Shown here piece after piece: positions 40,879 to 52,576 of a stretch of 64,000 nucleotides of DNA. Numbering within the stretch: position 1 is the stretch's first letter; every line of letters begins with the position of its first letter. The notes under the pieces were generated by a model. The model did no database searches. It saw only the letters and a program-made list of their open reading frames with translations, and was not told the origin of the DNA. The stretch comes from Macrostomum lignano. Its lineage: Eukaryota. Where the stretch lies: assembly GCA_002269645.1 (NCBI GenBank), contig NIVC01001420.1, positions 1 through 64,000 of the forward strand, given 5' to 3'. The translations under genes and the position numbers were made by a program.

Positions 40879-42611
40879 GCAATTGAGTTGCAGGCCTTGC
40901 AGCTAGCTACTTTGAGATCATCAAACGAAACTCACTTTTCTGGACTCGGTGTCGACGGATTTGCGAGCAGACTGATGATTTTCACCAGGCGATGCGGCTT
41001 CTTCGATTTCGCAGTGGCTTTTTGCGACGGTGTTTTTTTAGTTTTTATTTTAGGCTTGGCGTCCTTTTTTGCGGGTCATCATATCTTGGTTGTAGATTAC
41101 AGTTTTTGGCACAATAAATTTATATATGGATGAAACTTGGAGTAATGATTAACATTAGACCTATTAAGTATAAAAAACCGTTCTAATTTATACAATTGCA
41201 ATCCTTTAGAGTTGTATAGTATGGATTATAAGTACTTTCTTTTAAACTGTCTGTGTCTGGTCTCACTACGCCATGGTTTACGTGGACCACCCGCTTAGAC
41301 ATTATATATCCCTCTCTCCACTGTCTTACCTTCAGAACGCTTGCGGGTTTCCTATTGGCTGCGGTCGGTCCCATTGTTGGGGTGGATCTATCCTCCTAAG
41401 TGTTAACCAGCCAATTATAGAAAGGGAGGTCTGTCTGTCTGTCTGTTCCAACCCTATACTCCTGCACATGTGTTTACGTGGACCAAACAGACAGTGAGTG
41501 TTAGGCTGACTGTTAATGCGTTCTTAGTTTTACTGGGACCGCAATCAAGTCGACCTTTTGCTAGAGAGTCAGAGACCCAATCGCTAGCTAAAAGGCCCTT
41601 CTTAATTGCGTCCTCTTGATCAAATCTTTTGCATGTACATGTATGAATTGTCCTTTTCAATTAGGTAAATTGCATCTTCAACTTTGCACTTGAAAGGCTG
41701 CAGCTTAGGATCTTCTTCTTCCAACATTGGAGGAGGATAGAACAGGATATCCCATAGTGTTTAGGATAGAATTGGCAAGCACTTAATTCATGAAGTTGCT
41801 ATTTTCTTCTTGTGTAATGGTAGAGCCTCAGAAATTCGCATTTACACAGTGTGGCTATCAAGGACCACTGGGAGTTCTTGAGAAGTCATTGAAGAATACT
41901 ATTTAGGCTTCACTTAAATATCTTTCTTGTCTCGGAGTCTTTATCGTTTGATCTGGTTAGCGAATTGGATTTCTTTACGTTGGTGTCTTACTCTGTGAGT
42001 CTGTGCTCAGAGTACGATACCGAAATTGCTGGAACTGAGCTAATTAAATGGAGTTTAAAGTTTACTGTATCAAATTCATTTCGCATACGAGGTTTCAGAA
42101 TTTAACCTGCGTACCTACTTGAATGTCAAAGATGTTGAACGCATATTGTTTTAAAGCCAGTGGCGGTCATAATATGATGTTAACATAGCCATTTGTTCGT
42201 AAGGTAATGATCTGTAAAAAATTCAGTTTTGCATCGAATCTATGCTTAATAACTGCTATACACAAACAGACACAAACAGACACAAACAGACACAAACAGA
42301 CGATTTTCGAAAAATTTTCTAAAATTTTTCGGTTTACGTGGACCAGACTCGCTCAGTTTAGGTAGACCAGGCTGGAGGTCCAGCTAAACTGAAATGCAAA
42401 TAACTTTGGAAAAAACCATGCTAGACATCCCAAAATTGCTTAAGCCTTTCTTGACCCGCCTGACATTAATGTGAGATCCTCATCAACGTCTTAACCCCAC
42501 CAGAGACAAAATTATTTGGTGGTCCACCTAAGTGGTCTACCTACACCGGGTGGTCCAGCTAACGAGGCTACTAAACTTCCAAAAAGTCCACGTAAACACA
42601 CAGACAGTAGA

Positions 42612-42630
42612 ACAGACAGACAGACAGACT

Positions 42631-42709
<79 letters not shown>

Positions 42710-42710
42710 T

Positions 42711-42773
<63 letters not shown>

Positions 42774-42774
42774 T

Positions 42775-42834
<60 letters not shown>

Positions 42835-42852
42835 GGCAGACAGACAGACAGA
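42612..42852. repeat. (GACA)n microsatellite, right flank of the element
   Basis: Directly visible. Confidence 0.95.
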
Positions 42853-42910
42853 AAGACTCCAAAAGACCCAATTGATTCGCGCAGGGCAGCTGAGGCCATT
42901 AAAACCTAAG

Positions 42911-43238
42911 ATGCAGCTTGACGGCGGCTGGGGCTGGATGGTGGTGCTTAGCAGCTTCATGCTGCACGTGATCATCGACGGCATCAGCTACGCTTTCGGC
43001 GTGCTGGCAGCCGACCTGGTGCAGGAGCTGGGCTCCACCCGCCAGCTGAACGGCTGGATCGCCTCCACCCTGGTTGGCGTCACTCTGGCAGGCGGCCCGG
43101 TGGCTGGCGCCGTCAGCGCTCGGTTCGGCTATCGGGTGGCGGCGCTGGCCGGCTCCGTCATTGGGGCGGTCGGTTTCGCGGCTTCCTATTTTGTTGAGAC
43201 GGCCTGGCCTCTGGTTATCACCGTTGGCTGCTTGGTTG
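42911..43238 (+). CDS. SLC16/monocarboxylate transporter family, first coding exon (start codon tentative)
   Basis: MQLDGGWGWMVVLSSFMLHVIIDGISYAFGV...RFGYR carries the MCT signature DGGWGW; phase-1 donor GTGAGT at 43239; possible acceptor at 42883-42884. Confidence 0.9.
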
Positions 43239-43261
43239 GTGAGTGTGGGTAAAGTGCCTTT

Positions 43262-43925
43262 CTCACTCCAGAGTGTACATTCTTATCTGCCTCTCTTATA
43301 TCCCGAATGTAAATTCTTATCTGCCCCTCTTATATTCCGAATGTACATTCTTATCTGCCCCTCTTATATCCCGAATGTACATTCTTATCTGCCCCTCTTA
43401 TATTCCGAATGTACATTCTTATCTGCCCCTCTTATATCCCGAATGTACATTCTTATCTTGCGCGTCTTATCTCCCGAATTTACATTCTTATCTGCCCCTC
43501 TTATCTCCTGAATGTACATTCTTATCTGCCCCTCTTATATCCCGAATGTACATTCTTATCTGCCCCTCTTATATCCCGAATGTACATTCTTATCTGCCCC
43601 TCTTATCTCCCGAATGTACATTCTTATCTGCCCCTACTATATCCCGAATGTACATTCTTATCTGCCCCTCTTATATCCCGAATGTACATTCTTATCTTGC
43701 CACTCTTATCTCCCGAATGTACATTCTTATCTGCCCCTCTTATCTCCCGAATCTACATTCTTATCTTGCCACTCTTATATCCCGAATGTACATTCTTAAC
43801 TGCCCCTCTTATATCCCGAATGTACATTCTTATCTGCCCCTCTTGTCTCCCGAATCTACATTCTTATCTGCCCCTCTTATATCCCGAATGTACATTCTTA
43901 TCTGCCCCTCTTATCTCCAGAGTGT
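43262..43925. repeat. 34-bp minisatellite (AATGTACATTCTTATCTGCCCCTCTTATATCCCG) in the MCT intron
   Basis: About 19 copies with period 34 (e.g. 43511, 43545). Confidence 0.93.
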
Positions 43926-44691
43926 ACATTCTTCTGTCTCCATATGTCCCAACGCTCTAGATGTATATCCCCTATAGTTCCCTATCTAGCTATACATTTC
44001 AAAGCTATAGAATTATAGTATTATTTTTTTCCTCTTCGCCATTCTCTTTTTTCAATGGTCTGATCAATTAAACTTTGAAGTACACAGCGAGTCCTCTCTG
44101 TCACGAACTTGCGCAAAAAGTCGTTCTTTGATCTTCAGTTAGTCGATTTTTTTTATAAAATGCAAATTACCTATCGATGCAATTGGATTTAGTATCATGC
44201 ATAATGTAACGAGAGGAAGGTCCTTATAGAAATCTTCTTTGATGTTGTCCAAGAGGAAAGAAATCCCGCCTGCAGTTCCTCAGAGAGCAATGCTTTGCTT
44301 CTTTGCTGCGATTCTTCATTTCTTGAAAACATACAGTCCACAGTGCTGTCGCGTGCGCAACGGGATTTAGCCAGATCCTGTAAGATCCCAGAGCTCTCTC
44401 GCAAAGAGATTAGGCAAGCAGTCTCCCTCGGGTTACGAGTTACAGCTGAGTAGGACTGCATGAGGTTGCGGGCGGATTTAGATGCAAGATTTTGATGAAG
44501 AACTTAGAGAGGAATGGATGCACAGATTCCGCAGCCTCCGATGCCGAGGGTATAGGTAATCAGATTGACTATAGAGCTGCTAGGGGATTCTATATGCTAC
44601 TCCCGGAGTAGAACTCTCTATGCAGCTTTTTATAGTCAGAATCGAGCGCGAGAAAAACAGAGGAAGCTAATTTTATCATTGATCATTTCAG

Positions 44692-44799
44692 GCTTCGGCA
44701 TGAGTCTGATCTATCTGCCAGCTATAATCTGCGTGGGCATCTACTTTGAGAAGTACAGGTCAACAGCGATTGGTATTGCAGTGTGCGGCTCCGGAGTCG
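44692..44799 (+). CDS. MCT exon (TM4-TM5)
   Basis: ttcag|GC; GFGMSLIYLPAIICVGIYFEKYRSTAIGIAVCGSGV matches the MCT YFxKRR/AxGIAxxGSG motif; donor GTGAGG at 44800. Confidence 0.92.
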
Positions 44800-45057
44800 G
44801 TGAGGCTTGAAGACTCAATCCACCAATTATAATAATTATTTTAATTGCTTATAGCGAAAGAAAATTGCCTCTGATAAAATGATTCCATCCAGCTAGTCAG
44901 ATGGCTGTAATTTTCTCGGCGCATTTTGTTTTGACGGTGCATAAATGTATTTAACGAGCACGGGCCCACCCTATGCAAGAAAATTGCTCAGCTGCAATTT
45001 TTAAAAACAAAAACAACCACTTCTATCTCTTACCTAGTGTACAAAACTCTCTAACCA

Positions 45058-45305
45058 CTCACCCCAGTCTGCCATCCAGTGTGTACATGGCTTCCGAGCC
45101 ACCCATCCCAATCTCTCACCCAGTGTACATGACTCCCAAACTACCCACCCCAATCTCTCACCCAGTGTACATGACTCCCCCCACCCCAATCTCTCACCCA
45201 GTGTACATGCCTAACAAACCATCCACTTTAATCTCTCACCCAGTGTACATGTACATGACTCCCGAGCCACCCACCCCAACATCCTGAATCTTACCCAGTG
45301 TACAT
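45058..45305. repeat. Degenerate CTCTCACCCAGTGTACATG minisatellite
   Basis: About 6 diverged copies in the MCT intron. Confidence 0.75.
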
Positions 45306-45359
45306 ATCTCCTGAACCACCCAGCCCCTAACAATCTGTCACCTTCAAAATGCAATCCAG

Positions 45360-45762
45360 GCACTCTGGCGATGAGCCCGCTAATTAGCTTCCTGTTGCGC
45401 CAGTACACCTGGAGAGGGACCATGATCATACTATCTGCCGCCGTGCTCCAGTGCGCCGTATTCGCTGCTCTGTTCCGACCGTTCAAACTCGACCAGATTT
45501 TATCTTCTTCATCGTCGACAGATCAGTCGCCTCCGGAGAAACAGCTGGAGGCTAATCAGCCCGAAATCGACATCGACATCGACAATGACAACGACAAGAC
45601 GACGCCGCTGCCAACTCCTGGACGTCATCATCAATTGCTGTCGCCGTCGTCGCCGCACCCGCTGCCCATTGTTCGTCGAGCGTCGGCTGACGAAGGTGGC
45701 GACGACGGCGGCCGGTCGCTGCTGCTGACGACGATGCTGCCACCAGGGAACGAGACAGCAAA
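45360..45762 (+). CDS. MCT exon (TM6 and start of the cytoplasmic loop); 3' end uncertain
   Basis: tccag|GC; GTLAMSPLISFLLRQYTWRGTMIILSAAVLQCAVFAALFRP; candidate phase-2 donor GTACAT at 45763. Confidence 0.75.
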
Positions 45763-45990
45763 GTACATTTTGGACTGTTGGTGCTATAAGCTCAAAATAC
45801 TCGTAGTTTTGAATGCCACTGCATGGGTTGCGATTAGCCTAGCTACTTTAAAATTGTATAGAGAAGCCTAGCTAGGGGCGTTCGATTCGCTGCCCAGCAT
45901 TCATTTGAGGCTCGAGAAACGATTAGAAAGTCAAAAGAGCCGCTGTACACCCTGTGTGAGCTGTGTGCATGAGTGCGTGCCTGCGGACAG

Positions 45991-46793
45991 CATTGGCGCG
46001 CTTGCATGTGCTCAGGAGCCAGCGGAATGCATGGGCAGAACTGCTCTTAAGTCTCAGCCATTCTTGCCTGGCTCCCAATTCAGAAGCAACTCTTCCGTCG
46101 CTGACGTGGCCGACAATGATCAGCTTCTAGGAGACGGCAACAAGCAGCAGATGTTGCAGCAGCCGATTCCAGCGGTCGCTGATTTCCTGTCCGTGCAAGA
46201 CATGCGGCCGCGAGTGCAGTGCCAGCCGCGATCTCAGGCTCTGCTGCAGCCGCCGCATCATCAGCAGCGTCATCACCATCTGACCAGCGCCAGTCTCACT
46301 AACGTGAGTCGACCGGTGCAGTTCGTCCGCTCCATCACCAGCCTCACCTCCGTGCCAGCAGCCGGCGCTACTCATGGCTCGGCCGCTGCAGGCGCCGATT
46401 CCAGCGGCGCAGCGACAACGACGGCAGAGTCTGCGGATGCGCAGAAATTTTTCAACTTGGAGCTGCTGACTAAACCGGTTTTCCTGCTGTTCCTGCTGTC
46501 CAACCTGCTGTGCAGCATCGGGTTCAATGCGCCGTACATCTACACTCCGGACAGGGCGCAGCGGGCCGGACACGAGGACACCGAGAGCGCCCTGCTGGTG
46601 TCGGTGATTGGCGGCGCCAACACTGTGGGCCGGCTGGGGTTCGGCTGGCTGTCAGACCGCGGCGCAGACAGTCGGCGGCTGCAGCTGTACTGGGCATCCC
46701 TGGCGGTGTCTGGAGCGGCTCTGGCCATCAGCTGCCTGTCCGATGAATACGCCTTCAGCGCTGCCTGCTGCGCCGCCTTCGGTCTGTTCTCAG
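45991..46793 (+). CDS. MCT exon (loop and TM7-TM10); 5' end uncertain
   Basis: Lies in ORF 45905..46807: FFNLELLTKPVFLLFLLSNLLCSIGFNAPYIY...ANTVGRLGFGWLSDR...FGLFS. A phase-2 acceptor gacag|C at 45990/45991 fits the previous donor; donor GTGAGA at 46794. Confidence 0.8.
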
Positions 46794-46883
46794 GTGAGAT
46801 TAATTGATATATATCTACATTCCGAGATAGATTGATGCAATTTGATGGAAGAAGCATGCATTCGAAAATCCTACGCAGGCAGT

Positions 46884-47193
46884 CAGCGGCGTCGCTAACG
46901 GGAGGGGACAGGGGGGACATGTCCCCCCCCCAGTAAAAGATCTGGGGGGGAACATGCCAATGCTTTGTTCCCCCACCCCAACTTGTGACCCGAGATGGAA
47001 ATCAATAATTTTGCTGCAGGGCCTGTGGTGCCAAAATGAGTCCTGCGGCGCTAAAATGAGTGCCTGCGGCGCTAAAATGAGTACTAACAACACCGATTCT
47101 GAAAATAGTGTACATGTAAGAATTGTCATGTACATGTACACGTATAATTTTTGGCTTTGTCCCCCCACCATAAAATCCATGGCGACGCCCCTG
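46884..47193. mobile_element. hAT-like MITE (~310 bp) ending 5 nt before an MCT splice acceptor
   Basis: TIR CAGCGGCGTCGCTA vs reverse complement of TGGCGACGCCCCTG (12/14); direct repeat CGCAGGC at 46874-46880 and 47194-47200 (the left copy is offset by 3 nt). Confidence 0.75.
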
Positions 47194-47198
47194 CGCAG

Positions 47199-47324
47199 GC
47201 TCATTCGTGACGCTGACGTCACCGGTCCTGGTTGACCTGGTCGGCATCGACAAGCTCAGCGATTCGTTCGGCCTGACGCTGCTGTTTCAAGGAGTTGGCG
47301 TGCTGGCTGGACCGCCTTTGGCTG
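47199..47324 (+). CDS. MCT exon (TM10-TM11)
   Basis: cgcag|GC; GSFVTLTSPVLVDLVGIDKLSDSFGLTLLFQGVGVLAGPPLA matches the MCT motif LVDLVG...AFG...GPPIAG; donor GTGTGT at 47325. Confidence 0.9.
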
Positions 47325-47436
47325 GTGTGTAGCTAGCTGATGACTTTGTTGATTTGTAATTTTCTTTGTTGTCACCCTGCCACTAGCTAAATTGAATCCG
47401 TCCGTCAGTCACCTCGACACTTCACTACATACGCAG

Positions 47437-47591
47437 GCCTTCTTTACGACTGGACATCATCATTTGACGTACCTTTCCTGGTGTGCGGTTGCAGCCTCAT
47501 CGCCAGTGGATTAGTGATGGTGCCAGCGCATTGGCTGCTCAGAGCCGAACAACAGCAACAGCAGCTGAACTGCATCACCCAGGAACTGTGA
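47437..47591 (+). CDS. MCT last exon (TM12, stop)
   Basis: acgcag|GC; GLLYDWTSSFDVPFLVCGCSLIASGLVMVPAHWLL...QEL*; TGA at 47589-47591. Confidence 0.88.
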
Positions 47592-49756
47592 CTGACGGTG
47601 TCCCTTGAAAGACAGACAGCATCTGTCCCTGGCTTAATCCGTTCCGGAAGATGCTGTCTATGAAATTAATTGGCTTGTGTGCAAAGCTTAATTATTTCTG
47701 CCGATTGTCAGTGGCATTGCTCGAATCGAATGTGATTTGTTATAGATAAAATTTATAGATATTATTTCTCGATATGCTAGCGTAGGTACATATCGGCCGG
47801 GCCTCAGAGTGCCGAAAATGCAGGAGTCAAACAAAATAATTTAAGCTTTTATCGGGACATCCGTTATGTATATATTTAGCTACATGTTCTTGCTTCAATT
47901 GTTTGTTTGACAGTTATGCTTTCAGTTAATTAATTTTTTAGCTTTCATCGTTTTGGTCGTTTTGCTTTGTCGTAATAATTGTCTTATGTATTTTCTTTAT
48001 TAAGTTGACAATTTTTTACGTAACCATTATAGTTTAAGGGCAAATAAATTATAGCTGGCTAAGTAAGCATTTGAAAAAAACTTTGCTTGGGAAATACATG
48101 TACATTAAGCGAGCTAAATATATTCTAAACAAAGATGCTAAAATAATTTGTCACGAAGTGTAACCACACATTCTCACCGCCAACTTTGTGTTCCTCTGCT
48201 TTAATGTTCTGTAAACAAAAGTACTGAATGCACTATTGGATTACAAATAATTAAAGCTTCTCAATGCAATTTTCATATTGTTGTCTGGTTCTTTTCCTTC
48301 CTTTTTCAAATATGATCGATAGATTATTTGATTTGTTTGATTGTTTATTGAAAAAAAACAATTTAAAAAATAAACTAAAACCATTTATGATCAGTTATTT
48401 GTGAGTTTATCTTTGTTGACCTGTGTACTTCTACAAATATGCTTCTTAAATACTTCAAAGTTTTTCTCTTCTAAAAGGTAATCTATTTTAATAAATTAAC
48501 CTTTAAAAACGTTTAAGATGTGAAATGTCAATGAAGACAAAAAAGATTATTGTGTACTTTGATATTTGCTTGACCTACAATAAGCAGGTACGAGCACGGC
48601 AAACAGCTTTAAGCATCAATTCTTTTATGGGCACAGAAAAAAGCAAAAAAACTTGATTGCATTCTGTTATTCTAGCAGCCTAAAGGCCAAATTTTTATAA
48701 CCTTTTGTGTCGTCTATACAAAGCTAGCCAAGTGTGCCTCACAGGATAATGGAATTAGTGGCACAGCTGACGGTGTACCAACATAAAATGACGTCAGGCA
48801 CTTTACAAACATCGCAGAAGAGGTCCTGAATATCAACAAACACGAAGTGGCACGAACTAAATCCTTTTTTTAGTTTTTTTAGCTAGCTACTAGATTTTCT
48901 TTGAAATGATCTGGAGAAGGAACGCAGCTTTACATTTGTCGGATCGCTAGTGAATTTAGGATGCAGCTTTTTTAGGAAAATTAAGTGCGTAGCGTCCTAC
49001 TTCAGTTTTTCAGCAGGACGTCAAGCTAAGTGTACCGGCACGAGTATGGTACATTATACACCAAAAAACTATAAAGCTAAAGCTGCACAGCTCGATAATC
49101 TCTATAAACGAGAACCTGTTGTACCTAAGTGTCGCTACTTTAAAAACAAGAACTAGGCTTCTTTGGATGCAGATGAGAAGTTCGATTATATTGTTGTCTA
49201 CACGCGACTTTTGCAAATGTATCAAAGCAATATGCCATTATACATTCACTTATTGGTGCCAGCTTGCCTAGTTGTTTAATGGACAGGCTATTCTGGATAC
49301 AAATTCCGCACTAACCATTTAAGGTTATCTAAGCTTATCCTAGCCATCTAGCCAGAAAAGCTCAATGGTAAAGGCGTCATCTGACTCCACTAACCCAGGT
49401 TCTGATCGATTGTCGTGCGCTTGGCGGCCAACCGCCAAGACGAAGTACATGTACATGCCCGACGATTAGAAAGTGAACAAGGTCCGCTATACAGCCTATG
49501 CTTGTATGTGCTCAGCTGGAGTCGATCGAATGAGCAGAATTGCCATGGTGGCCCACAACCTTGCCTGCCCTCGTGCCAATATTTATGGTATAGGTATATT
49601 ATAAATTTTATAAGCGTATATTGTGACACTTCTTCTAATCGGATAAGTTCAGAAGTCAACAATTCAGTTGTGTCTTCTTCATTTTGCCTCGGGCAAAAAA
49701 ACAGCAAGACAATTCAACGAACGCAGGCAAAATGCAACAAGGAGAATGATCCAATG

Positions 49757-50076
49757 GGGGGGCATCACAAACCCGGAAAATCACAACTCCGTAAAGCGCT
49801 TTCCATCATAGACCCGAAATATCATAAACCCGAAATATCACAAACCCGAAATATCATAACTCCGAAATTGATAGCAACACACATCACAAACCCGAAATAT
49901 CATATCTCTGAAAACAAAAATAGCATTGTCCATCACAAACCCGAAGTATCATAACTCCGAAGGTTCTAGCAATGTTGGTTTTCGAAGTTATGATATTTCG
50001 GGCTTATGATGGGCAATGCTATTTTGCCATTTTTGGTTTCGGAGTTGTGATTTTTCGGGTTTATGATGGCGACCCG
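49757..50076. mobile_element. Foldback-type MITE, CpG-intact copy
   Basis: Left arm of ATCACAAACCCGAAATATCATAACTCCG repeats, right arm their reverse complement; flanking direct repeat ATCCAATG at 49749-49756 and 50078-50085; ends in GGCGACCC. Confidence 0.7.
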
Positions 50077-51028
50077 CATCCAATGCACAAAGAGAGAAAT
50101 ACAACTTAGGGGCAAATTGCAAGCCCTAATGCACTTGCAGACGTACCGGAAAAGACTTACTCTCAATTCTCAGTTGGAGCTCAAACTTTGGAACAAAAAC
50201 TTACAAGTGCTTAACAATTGAATTGTTGATTATTTAACTTATCCGACGAGAAGGAGTGTCAAAATTTAGTCTTATTTTGGCCCCATTTTATTAAAACATG
50301 TTTTCGTGGGTCTCTCAATTGAGTTAGAGATACCCAGAAATCTTATAGAGAAGTCCTTATTCTTATTCCTTAAGTTTGAACATAAGGAGATTAAATATCA
50401 TAGAATCCCCTGTTTCAAGGATCTTACATGTAAAGAAAGTGCAAAAATGGGCGAGTCCATCACATGCTTTAATTGTAGTCAAATCGAAAAGCCAAAGCCA
50501 ATATTTTAATTATTTTCTAAGCAAGTAGAAAAACTTTTGCTTGATTCAAAGGATTTAAGTGATAAGATAGAAATAGGATTTATTTAGAAGAAAATTCCAA
50601 CTGGCACAATTGAAGTCTAAGAAATTGCAGATCTTGAATTTTAGTAACAACAAAAAGAAAAACAAATTAGAGTCGTTGGTTGCTTGTTGCTTTTTAAAGC
50701 CTCTTTGTCAGAAGAAAAATGAATTTATTATTAATAAAGGTGAAAATAAAGAGAAAAATTATTAATATGAAATTTAAATTGCACATAATATTTTTATTAC
50801 TTGGTAACTACTAGCTGGTGTATTATATAGATTTCTATGCCAGTGTTGAAACAATAGGTTTAAAAAATTTTCAATAAGCTTTTATTAATGTTAATAGCGG
50901 GCAAATTAATTTAATTTGGAACGAAAACAATAATAATAATTATGACCATTGGATTTATTAAAAGGAAACTAAATAAGTTGTCAAATCCATTCTCTAACAA
51001 GGCAACAAGTAGGCAAATTCTCAACTAG

Positions 51029-51346
51029 CTACTTGTGCTTCTCAACCAACTTCACCAGGCCATCGAAATCGGCACCAAGCATCTTGTCAACCTGGCTCTT
51101 GTCCTTGAACAGTAGGAACGTTGGCATAGCCTCGATGCCCTGACTGCCGGCCGTCTCTTCGTTCTCGTCCACGTCAACTTTGGCGAAGACCACATCGGGC
51201 GTGTCTTTGGACAGTTGCTCAAATTTCGGCGCAATCATGCGGCATGGAGGGCACCAGGTGGCGGTGAAGTCAATCACCACCAGCTTGCTGCCTGACTCGG
51301 CCAGAAGGGCATCGAACTCGGCTTTAGTGGCTAGTACTTTTACCAT
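51029..51346 (-). CDS. TXN: Thioredoxin (105 aa, WCPPC active site), no intron in the CDS
   Basis: KLVVIDFTATWCPPCRMIAPKFEQLS...VFAKVDVDE...IEAMPTFLLFKD is a classic Trx fold with the cis-Pro motif MPTF. Confidence 0.96.
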   Translation of the reverse strand: MVKVLATKAEFDALLAESGSKLVVIDFTATWCPPCRMIAPKFEQLSKDTPDVVFAKVDVDENEETAGSQGIEAMPTFLLFKDKSQVDKMLGADFDGLVKLVEKHK

Positions 51347-51751
51347 CGTGAATTATTAGTTGAAATAGCAATTTATAAATTTTTCACGTGGGCTTCTTGT
51401 CTTAGCAAAGCATGCAATAAATTGGCTTTTCTCATGTCTTACTTGAAATTAAACTGCCTGAAAATCATCACTAGAAAAGCTGCGTTATAGGTTTGGAGTT
51501 TGTGGGTGTTATGAAGTTTTTTTCTGGCTGCTAAATAGGAATCTTACTAAAGTACACGCGTAGATTTAAACCCGAAGTTTCTAAGAAAAGTTATATTCCA
51601 ACTTCCAAGCCCGCGCCTTTTTGCAACCGGAAATATGAAGAATAAAGAGATTTTCAACTGTGAAATGTATGATACACTTTCAGCAGCTAAAAATGGAAGC
51701 GTCTTTTTTCAGAATATCATCCTCATTCGGTTGCAATAATTGATTACACCT

Positions 51752-51957
51752 GCACCAATGGGGGGGGCGGATGTACAACCGACAGCTCAGCCGCAGCTAT
51801 TGCGCGGCACATCTGAAGGCTGCGTAAGGCTGTTCAGTCCAAGGACTGGGGGGGGGGTCGCTTAAGAACACAAATTGTTCCGAGTGGGTCAAGAATCGAA
51901 CCCCTGACCTTTCAGTCAGTCGTGAGTCCGACGCTCTGACCACTAGGCTACAATCTT
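51752..51957 (-). mobile_element. tRNA-derived SINE-like sequence (tRNA-like head ~51885-51955)
   Basis: Minus strand has an A-box-like TAGCCTAGTGG and a B-box GGTTCGATTC with a T-arm-like hairpin. The acceptor stem does not pair, so it is not a functional tRNA. Body extent is uncertain. Confidence 0.55.
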
Positions 51958-52576
51958 TACAAAAACAGGGAACTTGTGTGACCCTAAATAAACTATGAAA
52001 AAAACAAGACAAAATGCTTTGTTTATCGATTTGTAATTAACAGATCGAACCAAAACGTTTATACTTTTTTGAAAACAAAAATTAACTTTAAAGAATCGAA
52101 CAGGATATATATATATATATATATATAATAAAGTGCGAAATTAAAGTCGATTTTGAAAAAAAAAACTTACTTAAAGTAGTAATAAACAGACAAGTTAGTT
52201 TTTATTGCAAAAATTGTGATTAGACAGACTGCTATTGAGAGTAGAATAACTGGTGATAAAAAATTAAATTAACACATTCCGGTTACATGTGAGTTTTATG
52301 CGAAAGCTTGAAATGTTCTCATAGCATATTGCACAGTGGGAAACAGATTATTGGCAGATTATTAATACAGAAAGTTGCTTTTGCATTGCAATAATAATCG
52401 TAGAAAAAGTACTTTAATTTTATACTACGATTCTTATGTACATTTTTTCGAGTACTTCTGGGGAGGACTCTTAGGGACTTTAGGGCTATATAAAATTTAC
52501 TAATCTAGGTTAACTAATCAAGATCTATATAGAAACACATTGATGTCTAATAGTAGTCAGTAGTGACAAGTTAAAT

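Larger units (their letters stand above)
29406..42608. mobile_element. Putative non-autonomous DNA-transposon-like element (~13.2 kb) with 16-bp terminal inverted repeats and an internal satellite
   Basis: ACTGTCTGTGTGTTTA at 29406-29421 is the exact reverse complement of TAAACACACAGACAGT at 42593-42608. The GTGGACC motif is repeated directly from 29451 to ~42368 and inverted from ~42377 to 42591. No clear target-site duplication (TSD) and no recognisable transposase ORF. Confidence 0.6.

Noticed and set aside
48700-49710. Short ORFs possibly from a decayed transposase or gene
   Set aside because: No recognisable motif, several stops, no consistent splice structure.
51885-51955. Functional tRNA gene
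   Set aside because: The acceptor stem does not pair and the anticodon arm is irregular; reported as SINE-like instead.
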